A stretch of 64,000 nt of DNA from the IMG/VR virus record IMGVR_UViG_3300032307_000370, positions 32,001-96,000 of that record. One strand, written 5' to 3'. Within the stretch, counting starts at the first letter, position 1; each line of letters opens with the position of its first letter. The notes under the pieces were generated by a model. It did not search any database. It was not told where the DNA came from and saw only the letters and a list, made by a program, of their open reading frames with translations. This stretch comes from a virus. This document shows positions 38,015-48,400 of the stretch, piece by piece. The translations under genes were made by a program, and so were the position numbers.

Positions 38015-41000
38015 ATGCCAAAATCATATAGAATACGTACAACACCTGGTACCGAGAAGACAATTAATATTCAGTTAGAGCAGGATTTTGAATTTTTGGA
38101 GATTTTATCTTTAAAGATTAATCAGGGTGACATATATAATAGAATGTGTTCTGATTACGGTGTTATAATCGGAAGGGTATTGGTGAACAATGGGTATGGA
38201 GTACCAAATGCGAGAGTTTCGGTATTCATTCCAATTGACGACATTGATATTGACAACCCAATAATATCTGAACTTTATCCATATCAAACATTATCTGATG
38301 TAAGTGCCGATGGATATAGATATAACTTATTACCTAAAGAACCGTCATACACAGGACACGCAGCTACAGGTACATTCCCATCTAAACAAGAAATTTTAAC
38401 AGACCAATCTTATGTTGAGGTTTATGACAAGTATTATAAATTCTCAGTAAGAACAAACGATAGTGGGGATTACATGATTTTTGGAGTCCCAACGGGAACC
38501 CAAACAATATTAATGGATGTTGACCTATCGGATATAGGTTGTTTTTCATTATCACCACAAGATTTAATAGATTCGGGTGTAGCTGTTGAATCACAAGTTA
38601 ACGGATCTAAATTTAAGACATCTACAAACCTTAACGAATTACCTCAGATTGTAACGTTAAATAAGATCATTGAAGTTGCTCCATTATGGGGGGAACCTGA
38701 AATTTGTTTATTAGGTATCACAAGAGCGGATTTTGATTTAACTGCGAGTGCGAATATTACCATAAAACCTAATGCTGTGTTTATGGGATCATTAATTTCA
38801 ACTACCGATGATGATGCGGTTAGGGCAACAACTTGTAGACCAAAAAATGATACAGGTAATTTATGTGAATTAATTGCAGGACCCGGTCAAATATTAACAA
38901 TTAGACAAACTATTGATGTGGATCAAGATGGTAGACCAATTCTTGAAACCCATGAATTAGATGAGGATGGTAAACTTATTGATGGTGACGGAACTTTTTT
39001 AATAAACGTCCCAATGAACTTAAATTATATTATTACTAATGAATTTGGGGAACAAGTTTTGTCAAACGACCCTAAAAAAGGTATTCCAACTAAAGGTAAA
39101 TATAGATTTAAATTTAAGTGGCAAAATGAGCAGGGATTACAAAACTCATATTTAAGAGGTCATTATTTGGTTCCTAATATAAAAGAACACGGGTGGATTA
39201 ACTCTTCTGTTGATCCATTAATAAATTATTCGACAACACAATATCAGTTCACATTACCTAATGGTACTCTTACCGCAACATTCCCATTAAATAATACCTC
39301 AACAGGAGGATTGGTTTTAGATAATAAAATTAATGTTGAAAGTTTTACAATTTTATTAAACGGTATACCATATTTTGGTGATTTGGAAAGTATTCCAATA
39401 ACGGTTGTCCCAACAACTATCACAATAAATGTGGTTCCTGTTAACCCTGGTACGTTAACTGAGTTTAATTATACATTTTATCAACAACCCACATTTAATG
39501 CCTTAAGATCATATGCATTTAGTTTAGATTGGAATGATTATGGTGATAATACAACGGTTGTTGGTCAACAAATGATACAAGAGGCAATTGATTGTGAAGA
39601 TAAATTTTATGAATTTAATTACAATAAAGTTTATACCACGGCAATGTTTTTAGATAGATACAAAAAAGGTGCTGGTAGAGCAAAACATTTAGGGATTAAA
39701 GAAATTGACGATAGAACTTGTAAATCTACGGTTAATACATTTCCTGTTAATGATATAATTCGAAATTTTGATTTTATATTTTTTGTATTTAATTTATTAA
39801 TTAATATCCTCGCTATACCAATATTAGTGATATTATTCCTTGCTCACTTTGTGGCTTGGTCTTGGCCGGTTTTAAAATATCTATTAGTGGTTTTAGGTAT
39901 TTATTTTGGTTATCAGGCAATACAAGAAGGCATAACTGTTGTGAATTCAATTTTAGAGGGCACCACTGGTTTTGCAGTCCCTGGTGGTCCTGTAGTTAAT
40001 GCGGGAGTTATTTTAAGAATTGCCGCACAACTTTTATCTGCGTTATTTAAGTTGGCATTATCGTTGGCATTTATTGCCTTTACTGCGATTTATTTAATAA
40101 AAATAACAAATTTCCCAAGAATTGGATTACCAATGTTATCTTATCCTGAATGTACAAGTTGTGATTGTGATTGTGGTAATGCTGAGTTAGATGATGATAT
40201 TGATGAGAATTCAGTTAATGCAAGTATAGAAGAACAGCAAAATGGTTTGGATGATAGTGGAATAGAATATGCTCAATCAACATCATTTATTGCTCCTGTC
40301 AATTTATCTTCGGCTTATGATGTTAATCACCCTAACTTAAATAACTTTCCGGGTGAAGATAGTAGTGATAATGACAAAGGTTATTTTTTCGCGGGAGCAT
40401 CTTTATCAACAAACAAACAATATAAATCACTTATTAATAGAGTTGTAGATGATGAAATAAGTGGTAATATTGTTGTGGATTCGGTTCTTGATTTTAGAAG
40501 ATTGTTTTCTGGGTTTGATATTTTATCAAGTACGACTGATCCTAATGCGTTTAATAAGTTTCACGCACCACAACCATTCTTATTTGCCGCTGAAAAAACA
40601 ACAGGTTTGGATCATAGATGGTTTGGGTATCCAAGAAGTGAGACATATCCTCAAAAATTAAATGAATTTAATACTAGAGATAAATATTTTGGTAATATCG
40701 GAACAGGTGGTGGTTCTAACATAATACGAACTACGGTAAACCCCCAATTAAGTGTTGCTCCATATAACTTAGGTACTCAACCAACATTTACCGATCAAAT
40801 CGTTGTTGTCTTAGCAAATGCGGGAACAGCACAAAAATTAGGTATTGGTGAATTAGTTACATTCCAAGACCCTAATTTTGATAATGGACTTGTGATATCA
40901 AGAAAAGTAAACTTAACGGGAGCAACAACAAATAGTTTTGGTAATAATGCGGTAACGGGAACAACAATATTATCTGCAGCACCAAATACAACATCTAATG

Positions 41001-43690
41001 TTGTTCCTATTGCGTCTAACATTACTTATGCGAATCCTATAAATGGGCAAACATCCTCAGTTAGTATTAATATTTTACAAACAGGTGATACAATAACTGA
41101 TTCTATTAAAGATGATTTCCTAAAATACCCAACCGATATGGAGTATTTCCAAGTGATTACAGGTGTGAGTGTTTCTGATTTTATTAATATGTCTAGTGTT
41201 TCAAATACTAATTTATTTCCTAAAAGATTTTTAAGGCATCAAATTGTGTATACAATAAGTAATCCTTCAGTTGTTTCTCAGGTTCCACCATCCTCGTTTT
41301 CATTATCGTCTCCTATTATACCACCGGCAACGGTAAATGGATTCACATATAATAATGTGAGTGGTGTTGCGGCAATTGATGCGAATTACTTTGACTGTTT
41401 AGATAGTTTATCAAATGGTTTAAATTATGAGGTAGTTATGTTTGTAAGGGGGGTTGATCCACACACTGAAAAACAAAATATAAGATATGATCTTTCTCGT
41501 ATCTTTGGATATACGGGATGGAACCAACCTGGATTGTCAATAACTGGTGACTATTACTTAAATCAACCAATAAAACCTATTGCCAATTCTGCACAATCTG
41601 CACCACTAACACATAACACACCAACAAATACGTTTAATAATTTATATTTCCCTTCCTTTACTTTTAATATTAGTCCTGCAATACCCGGAAATCCAAATTA
41701 CACTGCGTTTACATCTACATTACCGTATTATTATTTATCAACAGATGATAATTTTGCAACAGGATATATACCTGTCAACGGGTTCCCGACCAAAGGATCT
41801 TTAGATGCAACTTTACAGACGTTAATTGCGAATAGTAATTATACTTTACCAAGACAACAAACGGATTATATTGGTGGTGGATCATTTATTGCCTCATCGT
41901 TTAATAGTCCATATAATATTAATGGTATGTTTTATGGTCAAGTATCTTCTGAGGATGATTATGGTTATCCTACCTCTTTAAATAGTAATCAGTTTTTTGC
42001 GTTATATTCTACGGCATATTTTAAATACCCAACATTACTTGGTGTTAATTTTAATAATAGAAGTAGAATAGTTATGAGAAGTGATAGATTACCAACATCA
42101 ACTTGTGTTGAAAATGCTCCCGGTAATAGAACGGCTTATGCGTTACATCAAAACAATAAATTTTGTTATTACAAAACCGATGGTGTTGGAAGTGAACAGA
42201 CAAATAGTTTTGAAAGCAATTACGATATTACAGGAAATTTAGATCAATTTAGTGGTAATACGGGATTAACGCAAACACTTACTTGTGATGGGTTAATATC
42301 TTTAGAATGTTATTCAGGTAGTGGTACTAATGTCGGGGTTATACCTGCTAATCAATGTGCAATACCTGAAGATAGAGTAACTAAAGGATGTTATTGTTTA
42401 TTAAATAAAAAATATCTTGTTGAATATGGCGCGGACGCTAGATTATTTATGGAATGGAAAACAAGATTTACATTAGTGTTTGCAACTTGTAGGGGGGTCT
42501 TTGCTCAAACATTCCAAAATAATTGGATAAATGGTACGTTATATATGCCGTCTTTCAATAAAAGATCAATATATCCATTAAATAATCTTACTAATGCATC
42601 AACACCTAAATATGAATATTGTAGAGATATTGTGGTTTATAATAATATAAGTAACAATTTTTATTATAGAAGTTCTCCATGGAGTGATAATTCGCAAGAG
42701 TTTATTGGTAAAGAAGTATCACAACCGGCGAATTGGTTAACTCTTAATTTTAAACCTGGATATAACGATAAAAATATAATGTTCCCAACTACAATTTTAG
42801 ATATGGGTCCAAGAGATTCATATATAAGTGAAATTTGTAATAACCCAAATTTCAGAGGGTATATGAGTGATCAATTTAGGTCAACTAGTTATAATGAAAA
42901 TGGTGATATAATACAATTAGGGTTTTTATCTAGAATATTAAATGAGAATTTTAGACAAGTTATGATACCTATAACCACTGGTGGTAATAATTCAGAAGGT
43001 AAAGGTATTACACAATTCTTTAATAGTAATAGAGGTGGTGATAGAATAGATGGTGATTTTGCTCAGGCGTTATCAATCAATTCTGAATTTAGAATTAACC
43101 CATTTATTGATGAAAATTACGGTAACGTTGATATTTTCATTGGTGATGACGGTCAGACACCACCGGCTAGTAGACCTGTTTTTGGGGTATTTTATAGATC
43201 ATCCAACATTGATTATGCTTATAGAAGAAAATTAACACCGGGTATTGAAATTTACAATTTATCTCCTTTACTACAAGATGCGTATGGGCACCCAAAAACT
43301 CAGGTTGTACCAAACTATAAATGGATATTACAACCATCTAGTGTTATTTTTGGTGCTGAAGATAACAATTGGTATACAAACCCTAATCAAAGTGGTGGTA
43401 TTGGGTTCTTTAAAAAAGGATATCAAGATTTAGATTATAGTGTTGACCCTTATTTTACGACACCGGCATTACAACCTGGCAATGCATTACCTTTATTACC
43501 CCAAGGTTTTATAACTAACTTTGATCAAAACACATTATTACCTTCACCAACAATACCTGGTTCACCACTTGCGGTAAATGGTAATGTTTATTTAGTTGGA
43601 GCTCCAAGTCATTTTTATTTTGGATTAAATAACGGAAAAACAGCAATGAATAGATTCATAAAAAAATATATTGATACAGCGGAAATATAA
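38015..43690 (+). CDS. Very large virion structural protein with N-terminal beta-sandwich region and internal hydrophobic (TM-like) segment
   Basis: 1891 aa in the baseplate operon. GVIIGRV....G.GVPNA.VSVF (carboxypeptidase-regulatory/prealbumin-like start); long hydrophobic stretch at about 39770-40110. Confidence 0.7.
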   Translation: MPKSYRIRTTPGTEKTINIQLEQDFEFLEILSLKINQGDIYNRMCSDYGVIIGRVLVNNGYGVPNARVSVFIPIDDIDIDNPIISELYPYQTLSDVSADGYRYNLLPKEPSYTGHAATGTFPSKQEILTDQSYVEVYDKYYKFSVRTNDSGDYMIFGVPTGTQTILMDVDLSDIGCFSLSPQDLIDSGVAVESQVNGSKFKTSTNLNELPQIVTLNKIIEVAPLWGEPEICLLGITRADFDLTASANITIKPNAVFMGSLISTTDDDAVRATTCRPKNDTGNLCELIAGPGQILTIRQTIDVDQDGRPILETHELDEDGKLIDGDGTFLINVPMNLNYIITNEFGEQVLSNDPKKGIPTKGKYRFKFKWQNEQGLQNSYLRGHYLVPNIKEHGWINSSVDPLINYSTTQYQFTLPNGTLTATFPLNNTSTGGLVLDNKINVESFTILLNGIPYFGDLESIPITVVPTTITINVVPVNPGTLTEFNYTFYQQPTFNALRSYAFSLDWNDYGDNTTVVGQQMIQEAIDCEDKFYEFNYNKVYTTAMFLDRYKKGAGRAKHLGIKEIDDRTCKSTVNTFPVNDIIRNFDFIFFVFNLLINILAIPILVILFLAHFVAWSWPVLKYLLVVLGIYFGYQAIQEGITVVNSILEGTTGFAVPGGPVVNAGVILRIAAQLLSALFKLALSLAFIAFTAIYLIKITNFPRIGLPMLSYPECTSCDCDCGNAELDDDIDENSVNASIEEQQNGLDDSGIEYAQSTSFIAPVNLSSAYDVNHPNLNNFPGEDSSDNDKGYFFAGASLSTNKQYKSLINRVVDDEISGNIVVDSVLDFRRLFSGFDILSSTTDPNAFNKFHAPQPFLFAAEKTTGLDHRWFGYPRSETYPQKLNEFNTRDKYFGNIGTGGGSNIIRTTVNPQLSVAPYNLGTQPTFTDQIVVVLANAGTAQKLGIGELVTFQDPNFDNGLVISRKVNLTGATTNSFGNNAVTGTTILSAAPNTTSNVVPIASNITYANPINGQTSSVSINILQTGDTITDSIKDDFLKYPTDMEYFQVITGVSVSDFINMSSVSNTNLFPKRFLRHQIVYTISNPSVVSQVPPSSFSLSSPIIPPATVNGFTYNNVSGVAAIDANYFDCLDSLSNGLNYEVVMFVRGVDPHTEKQNIRYDLSRIFGYTGWNQPGLSITGDYYLNQPIKPIANSAQSAPLTHNTPTNTFNNLYFPSFTFNISPAIPGNPNYTAFTSTLPYYYLSTDDNFATGYIPVNGFPTKGSLDATLQTLIANSNYTLPRQQTDYIGGGSFIASSFNSPYNINGMFYGQVSSEDDYGYPTSLNSNQFFALYSTAYFKYPTLLGVNFNNRSRIVMRSDRLPTSTCVENAPGNRTAYALHQNNKFCYYKTDGVGSEQTNSFESNYDITGNLDQFSGNTGLTQTLTCDGLISLECYSGSGTNVGVIPANQCAIPEDRVTKGCYCLLNKKYLVEYGADARLFMEWKTRFTLVFATCRGVFAQTFQNNWINGTLYMPSFNKRSIYPLNNLTNASTPKYEYCRDIVVYNNISNNFYYRSSPWSDNSQEFIGKEVSQPANWLTLNFKPGYNDKNIMFPTTILDMGPRDSYISEICNNPNFRGYMSDQFRSTSYNENGDIIQLGFLSRILNENFRQVMIPITTGGNNSEGKGITQFFNSNRGGDRIDGDFAQALSINSEFRINPFIDENYGNVDIFIGDDGQTPPASRPVFGVFYRSSNIDYAYRRKLTPGIEIYNLSPLLQDAYGHPKTQVVPNYKWILQPSSVIFGAEDNNWYTNPNQSGGIGFFKKGYQDLDYSVDPYFTTPALQPGNALPLLPQGFITNFDQNTLLPSPTIPGSPLAVNGNVYLVGAPSHFYFGLNNGKTAMNRFIKKYIDTAEI

Positions 43691-45459
43691 TGGGAGTAAA
43701 TGATACAACAAAAATTGTTTTAGGGTCATTGAGATACAAGGCATCTCCAAATACAGTATTATCTGTAAATGTTGATTTGAATCAAAACGAAAAAGAATTA
43801 ATTGAATTTGATCGAAATGTTGATTTAAGTTTACAACAAGTTTTTACCGATGAGAGACAACAGGGTACGATTTTTAGACCGGTGACTAAATATTCAATAA
43901 TATTTAAAAATGAATATACGGGATCAACAAATTATATCCCGTACAGAGATAATCTTTACTATACTAACGCGATTGGTAATACGATCTCGGCATATCCAGG
44001 TGGTAACTTACCACCCGCAGTTGCAAATCCGGCTGTTTTATGGGAAGGATATCCACAATATTTTGAATTTGATTTTATACGAACTGATAATAATGTTGTT
44101 GGATACACCGTACCGCCAAATAATCATATAAATTTTGTTAACAAAAGTGCAAGTACATATAACTGGACTCATTATTTGAGTTATGCGTTTAAAAATGACC
44201 CAAATAAACAAATGTATGTTATTGATAATACTACATCAACAAGTTGGGCTTGGGTTGCATCTGATGGAATACCTTTTATTATTAATCAAGGTAATGATGA
44301 TTTTGGACCTGTTATATCATTTAGATGTCCAATGAAACACGGGTTAAATATTAATGAATTTGTTGAATTATCTTTAACTTATAATAATACAAATATATTC
44401 CAAGTGATTAGTTTGGGGGATCCGGCTTTTGGTAGTGATGAATACATTTTTAATATATATAATATTGGATATGTTGGTACAACATTTAATAATGGTAATA
44501 CTGGAACCTTTAAAAGAGTTATTAATAGAAGTAATCTTAATGAAACCAAATCTGAATATTATGTAAGGGTTCATAAAATTTTAACAAATGCTGAAGATGC
44601 GGTTTTGGTTAAAGCTGGATTTGAACAAAATATTTTTAACCCTAAAACTAAATTTGAAACTGCGGTATTAACACCAAATGGGGTTTCAAGATCCTCAGTT
44701 AAAGAAGGTGGACAAGCTTACTCATTATCATTTAATGTTGATGTTGATGTTCAACCTCTTAGGGATAATCAAAATAGACCAATATCTGAATTATTTTTTA
44801 CGACCATATGGAAAGGTTATTTTGGGTGGACAAATAAATTAAAACAAGGGTGGAATTTTAATATACCCCTTGCTAACTCAATCCCGAATCCTTGGTGGGA
44901 TGTTTCAAATCCATTATCGAATGCAAATTTACCGACCAGTACATATAATAGTTTAACGGTTCCACCTGTTGGTCCATTTACATATACTGAAAATCTTAAA
45001 TCAGGTGATTTAATTGATGGGGATTATTGTGAATGGAATGATTATGAACAAACAGAAAGAGTTATCTCAAGATATAATAATAAAATAACGTTTAATCAAA
45101 CATATTTTGGGTTAAATACTAATGCACCACAATCGAATCAATTTGGGTATTATTATAACCCCCACGATCCGATAGTATTAAGGAGATATTCAACATATAT
45201 TGAAGAAGGTGATCCGTTAAAGGTGGTTAACATACCTGATTATGCTTTTTATTCAAACTTATCAAATAGTTTTAGATGGAGAGATATATATCCATATGGG
45301 TTTGTTGATAATGATGGTGTTGGTGTTGATTATCCGTTTATAAATGGTAAACATTATCCATTTGTAAATACCATCTTTAGAATAATACCTGAAGGAAGTA
45401 ATGTTGGTATTGATGACATAACCGTAATAGCAGAACCAATTGTAGATGATTGTGAATAA
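43690..45459 (+). CDS. Putative baseplate/virion structural protein
   Basis: TAATG coupling with the upstream gene; Asn/Tyr/Phe-rich beta composition; no specific family recognised. Confidence 0.65.
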   Translation: MGVNDTTKIVLGSLRYKASPNTVLSVNVDLNQNEKELIEFDRNVDLSLQQVFTDERQQGTIFRPVTKYSIIFKNEYTGSTNYIPYRDNLYYTNAIGNTISAYPGGNLPPAVANPAVLWEGYPQYFEFDFIRTDNNVVGYTVPPNNHINFVNKSASTYNWTHYLSYAFKNDPNKQMYVIDNTTSTSWAWVASDGIPFIINQGNDDFGPVISFRCPMKHGLNINEFVELSLTYNNTNIFQVISLGDPAFGSDEYIFNIYNIGYVGTTFNNGNTGTFKRVINRSNLNETKSEYYVRVHKILTNAEDAVLVKAGFEQNIFNPKTKFETAVLTPNGVSRSSVKEGGQAYSLSFNVDVDVQPLRDNQNRPISELFFTTIWKGYFGWTNKLKQGWNFNIPLANSIPNPWWDVSNPLSNANLPTSTYNSLTVPPVGPFTYTENLKSGDLIDGDYCEWNDYEQTERVISRYNNKITFNQTYFGLNTNAPQSNQFGYYYNPHDPIVLRRYSTYIEEGDPLKVVNIPDYAFYSNLSNSFRWRDIYPYGFVDNDGVGVDYPFINGKHYPFVNTIFRIIPEGSNVGIDDITVIAEPIVDDCE

Positions 45460-46267
45460 ATATAAAATAGTATTACCTGAGAATGATCAGTATTTAAACA
45501 TTCCTTTAGAAATGAATTGGGATTTTCTTGGAAGGGATGATAGTATTGAGGACTACCAAACTACAATGGTTAAAGAAGTCGTTGGTGGGGTTAATGATTT
45601 TGAGGTCCTCCAATTTTCACATAATGAATATGTTGATAATTTAAATTTTGAAAGAACAAATATAAATTATGAATTTTATTTTTATGATAATTCAGTACCA
45701 ATAACATCACCTTTAGTTAATAGTACGAATTGGAATAATAGTTATTTGGATGAGGGTTTTACGGTTGATGAGGTTTATTATTTTACAAAACCATTTACCA
45801 ATTCATTTTTTAAATTGGACTTATATGATACTGATGATGAAAAAACTCAAGTATTGTATTTGACAATTATCCTACCCGTCCAACAAGGATTTACACAGAC
45901 GGCATCTTTATCTTCTTTATTATCAAATGTTGATATAAGACGACCAAAATTTAGTTTAGATTACGTTGGTGATAAAGAAGGGTTTCACATATATTGGTTA
46001 AGAAAACAAGTGTATATCAATATAAGTGAATTTTATATGAGTGCTAAATTTTTTGATGCGAAATTAGGTGTTTATGTGAGAATGACTAACACACCACAAT
46101 CAAATATTGCAAACAAATTTACATTTAATCCTAATGATTATTTTTATTATAAGGTTAATTTGGATTATACAAATAAAACGTATGAAGTTTATGCGACTTC
46201 TAATTTAACACAGAGGGTTGGGATTGACGGATTCCCGATAATGTGGTATGAATATGTAAACCCATAA
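45446..46267 (+). CDS. Putative virion structural protein
   Basis: Overlaps the upstream stop; the start may be GTG at 45452. Confidence 0.65.
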   Translation: MIVNKYKIVLPENDQYLNIPLEMNWDFLGRDDSIEDYQTTMVKEVVGGVNDFEVLQFSHNEYVDNLNFERTNINYEFYFYDNSVPITSPLVNSTNWNNSYLDEGFTVDEVYYFTKPFTNSFFKLDLYDTDDEKTQVLYLTIILPVQQGFTQTASLSSLLSNVDIRRPKFSLDYVGDKEGFHIYWLRKQVYINISEFYMSAKFFDAKLGVYVRMTNTPQSNIANKFTFNPNDYFYYKVNLDYTNKTYEVYATSNLTQRVGIDGFPIMWYEYVNP

Positions 46268-46268
46268 G

Positions 46269-47441
46269 ATGGAAGAACAAAAATATTATTTTAAAATATC
46301 ACCCGAAAATGTTAAGAGGGACATTGTGGAGGTTGTGTATGTTGGTAATACCGAATATACATATAGTGCCGACCCATGCTGTTCAATAACATCGGTAACC
46401 CCAACAACATTAACAGGTTTTACGGGGGTTTATTCAGGGATGTCTCAGATATTATCAGGGGGGACAAACGGTCAATCATTATTAACTGGTTTAACCGTTC
46501 CAATCCTTTTAACTGAAGTTGCGACTGATATAGGGTATTATTCGGTATTTGATGGTGCGATATTACAAAAAGAAGTTATAACCAACTTTTTATTTTCTGC
46601 AACAACAGGTAGTCCTTACACTTTTTATTTTTATAATACTTCGGATACGGAATTTAAGAAGTTTTTATCTGTTTCCACATATACTGTTGATTGGGGTGAC
46701 GGGTCACCAATACAAAACGTAACAAGTCCAACACAATATACTCACGTTTATCCTGTGGTTAACCAAACATTCACAATTACATTAAAGGCAACATCACCAT
46801 GGGGTATATCGGTAATTACCAAAACGGTTACGGTACCATTTACGAATGTTCCTATATTAAACCCTAATGGTGTTGCAACATTTACACCTGCGGGAGGTAG
46901 TTGGGTGAATACGTCGTTCAGTTATGACTATATTTTTTCAGGTGACTCAGGTACTGATGTGAATGATTATATAAGTTCAAATTATACGACCGTCCCATTT
47001 GTAATAACCGGATTTACTCAATCAAACGTAAATGATTTGGTTGTGTATGGTCCAAAGTATAATTTATTTGGTGGGAAATTCAAATTAGGCATACAAGTAA
47101 CGGGTTCATCGGAATCTGTGGGGACTTATTGGGGTCCAGATCCAACAAATACATACACTGCATATACAATTAATGATATTCTTTATTATGATTATAATGA
47201 TGGAACAACAATATACATTGTTGAATCATCTGGTTTTACTCAGAATGATTTAATATTATCTGCAATAACCAAAAATGAGGCGTTACTTAATGTTGTTGAT
47301 CAACCCGAAGTACAAACAGATGTGTATGTTGAGAGAGGAAAAAACTCGGCATTAGAATTTGTTGAACGACTTGGTGAAGTAGATAATGTTGGGGATTTAG
47401 AAAAATATGGATATGGATTTTTTAATGTTGAAAAACAATGA
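46269..47441 (+). CDS. Structural protein with PKD (Ig-like) domain
   Basis: YTVDWGDGS.......THVY......FTITL.AT..WG....TKTVTVP is a canonical PKD pattern. Confidence 0.7.
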   Translation: MEEQKYYFKISPENVKRDIVEVVYVGNTEYTYSADPCCSITSVTPTTLTGFTGVYSGMSQILSGGTNGQSLLTGLTVPILLTEVATDIGYYSVFDGAILQKEVITNFLFSATTGSPYTFYFYNTSDTEFKKFLSVSTYTVDWGDGSPIQNVTSPTQYTHVYPVVNQTFTITLKATSPWGISVITKTVTVPFTNVPILNPNGVATFTPAGGSWVNTSFSYDYIFSGDSGTDVNDYISSNYTTVPFVITGFTQSNVNDLVVYGPKYNLFGGKFKLGIQVTGSSESVGTYWGPDPTNTYTAYTINDILYYDYNDGTTIYIVESSGFTQNDLILSAITKNEALLNVVDQPEVQTDVYVERGKNSALEFVERLGEVDNVGDLEKYGYGFFNVEKQ

Positions 47442-47448
47442 TTTTGAG

Positions 47449-47456
47449 TATTTATA
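47449..47456 (+). promoter_or_regulatory. TATTTATA motif
   Basis: 35 nt before the GTG at 47492. Confidence 0.5.
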
Positions 47457-47491
47457 TTTAAACGATAAACAAACTTTAAAAAATAATAATT

Positions 47492-48400
47492 GTGGCTACA
47501 GGTAATTACGGAACAATAAGAAGTGCAGATGTGAGCCCTGATGACGTAGAAATAATTTTAAATTATACACCATCAAGAGACGAGACAGACAATTTCGTAC
47601 TAACAAAATTAAATGCTAGTACAGTATTAAGACCATATTTCCATAATGGGACTACTGGTGGTAATGCGAATGTTGAAATACTTGGGGGGTTATACAATCT
47701 TAAATTACCAACAGATCAATTTAATCAATTAGGGATTTACACTTTATATATCAGACCTGCCGAAATCAGAACTAAAATTCTTGATTGTGGTATTTTATCT
47801 GCATTACCAAATGTAAAAGGTATTGTAATTGATATTAATAACGTACCTTCTAATTTTAGAAACAAATTTATTAATCAAGGTTTAGTTGGGTTTAGAGTTG
47901 AGTATCTAAATTCTGACGGAACTAAGATACCTAATTTCTTTAGAATTGTAACCTCATCGTTTTATTGTGAACCTGTTCTTGAAAATTTAACAAATACGAG
48001 TCAAAAGGCAATAAGATATAGATATGTGGAAGCATCAACAAATTTAATTTTTTGTACTCTATCACCATCTTCATCACCTACCAATAAACCAAATGCAACA
48101 CCATTTATTGGTCAACCTGATCAAAACATTATTATATCAAATACATTCTTCAATCCAACCACGGTTGAAATTGAAATTGTTGAACATGACATCTCAACGT
48201 TAGCAATTGCTCTATATGGTAATCAAACTAAATCTATGGATGATGGTATATACACCATATACGATAGTGATAACAACATTTACAAACAATACAACCTTTA
48301 CGAGATTAGAGATCAATTTAATAATTTATTATATGAGGTAAGACAAGATAGAGGTGATAATATTGATTTTAGTAAAAACTTCTCAAATATAACTTCATAA
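47492..48400 (+). CDS. Putative virion structural protein (GTG start)
   Basis: 302-aa ORF, coupled by TAATG to the next gene. Confidence 0.7.
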   Translation: MATGNYGTIRSADVSPDDVEIILNYTPSRDETDNFVLTKLNASTVLRPYFHNGTTGGNANVEILGGLYNLKLPTDQFNQLGIYTLYIRPAEIRTKILDCGILSALPNVKGIVIDINNVPSNFRNKFINQGLVGFRVEYLNSDGTKIPNFFRIVTSSFYCEPVLENLTNTSQKAIRYRYVEASTNLIFCTLSPSSSPTNKPNATPFIGQPDQNIIISNTFFNPTTVEIEIVEHDISTLAIALYGNQTKSMDDGIYTIYDSDNNIYKQYNLYEIRDQFNNLLYEVRQDRGDNIDFSKNFSNITS

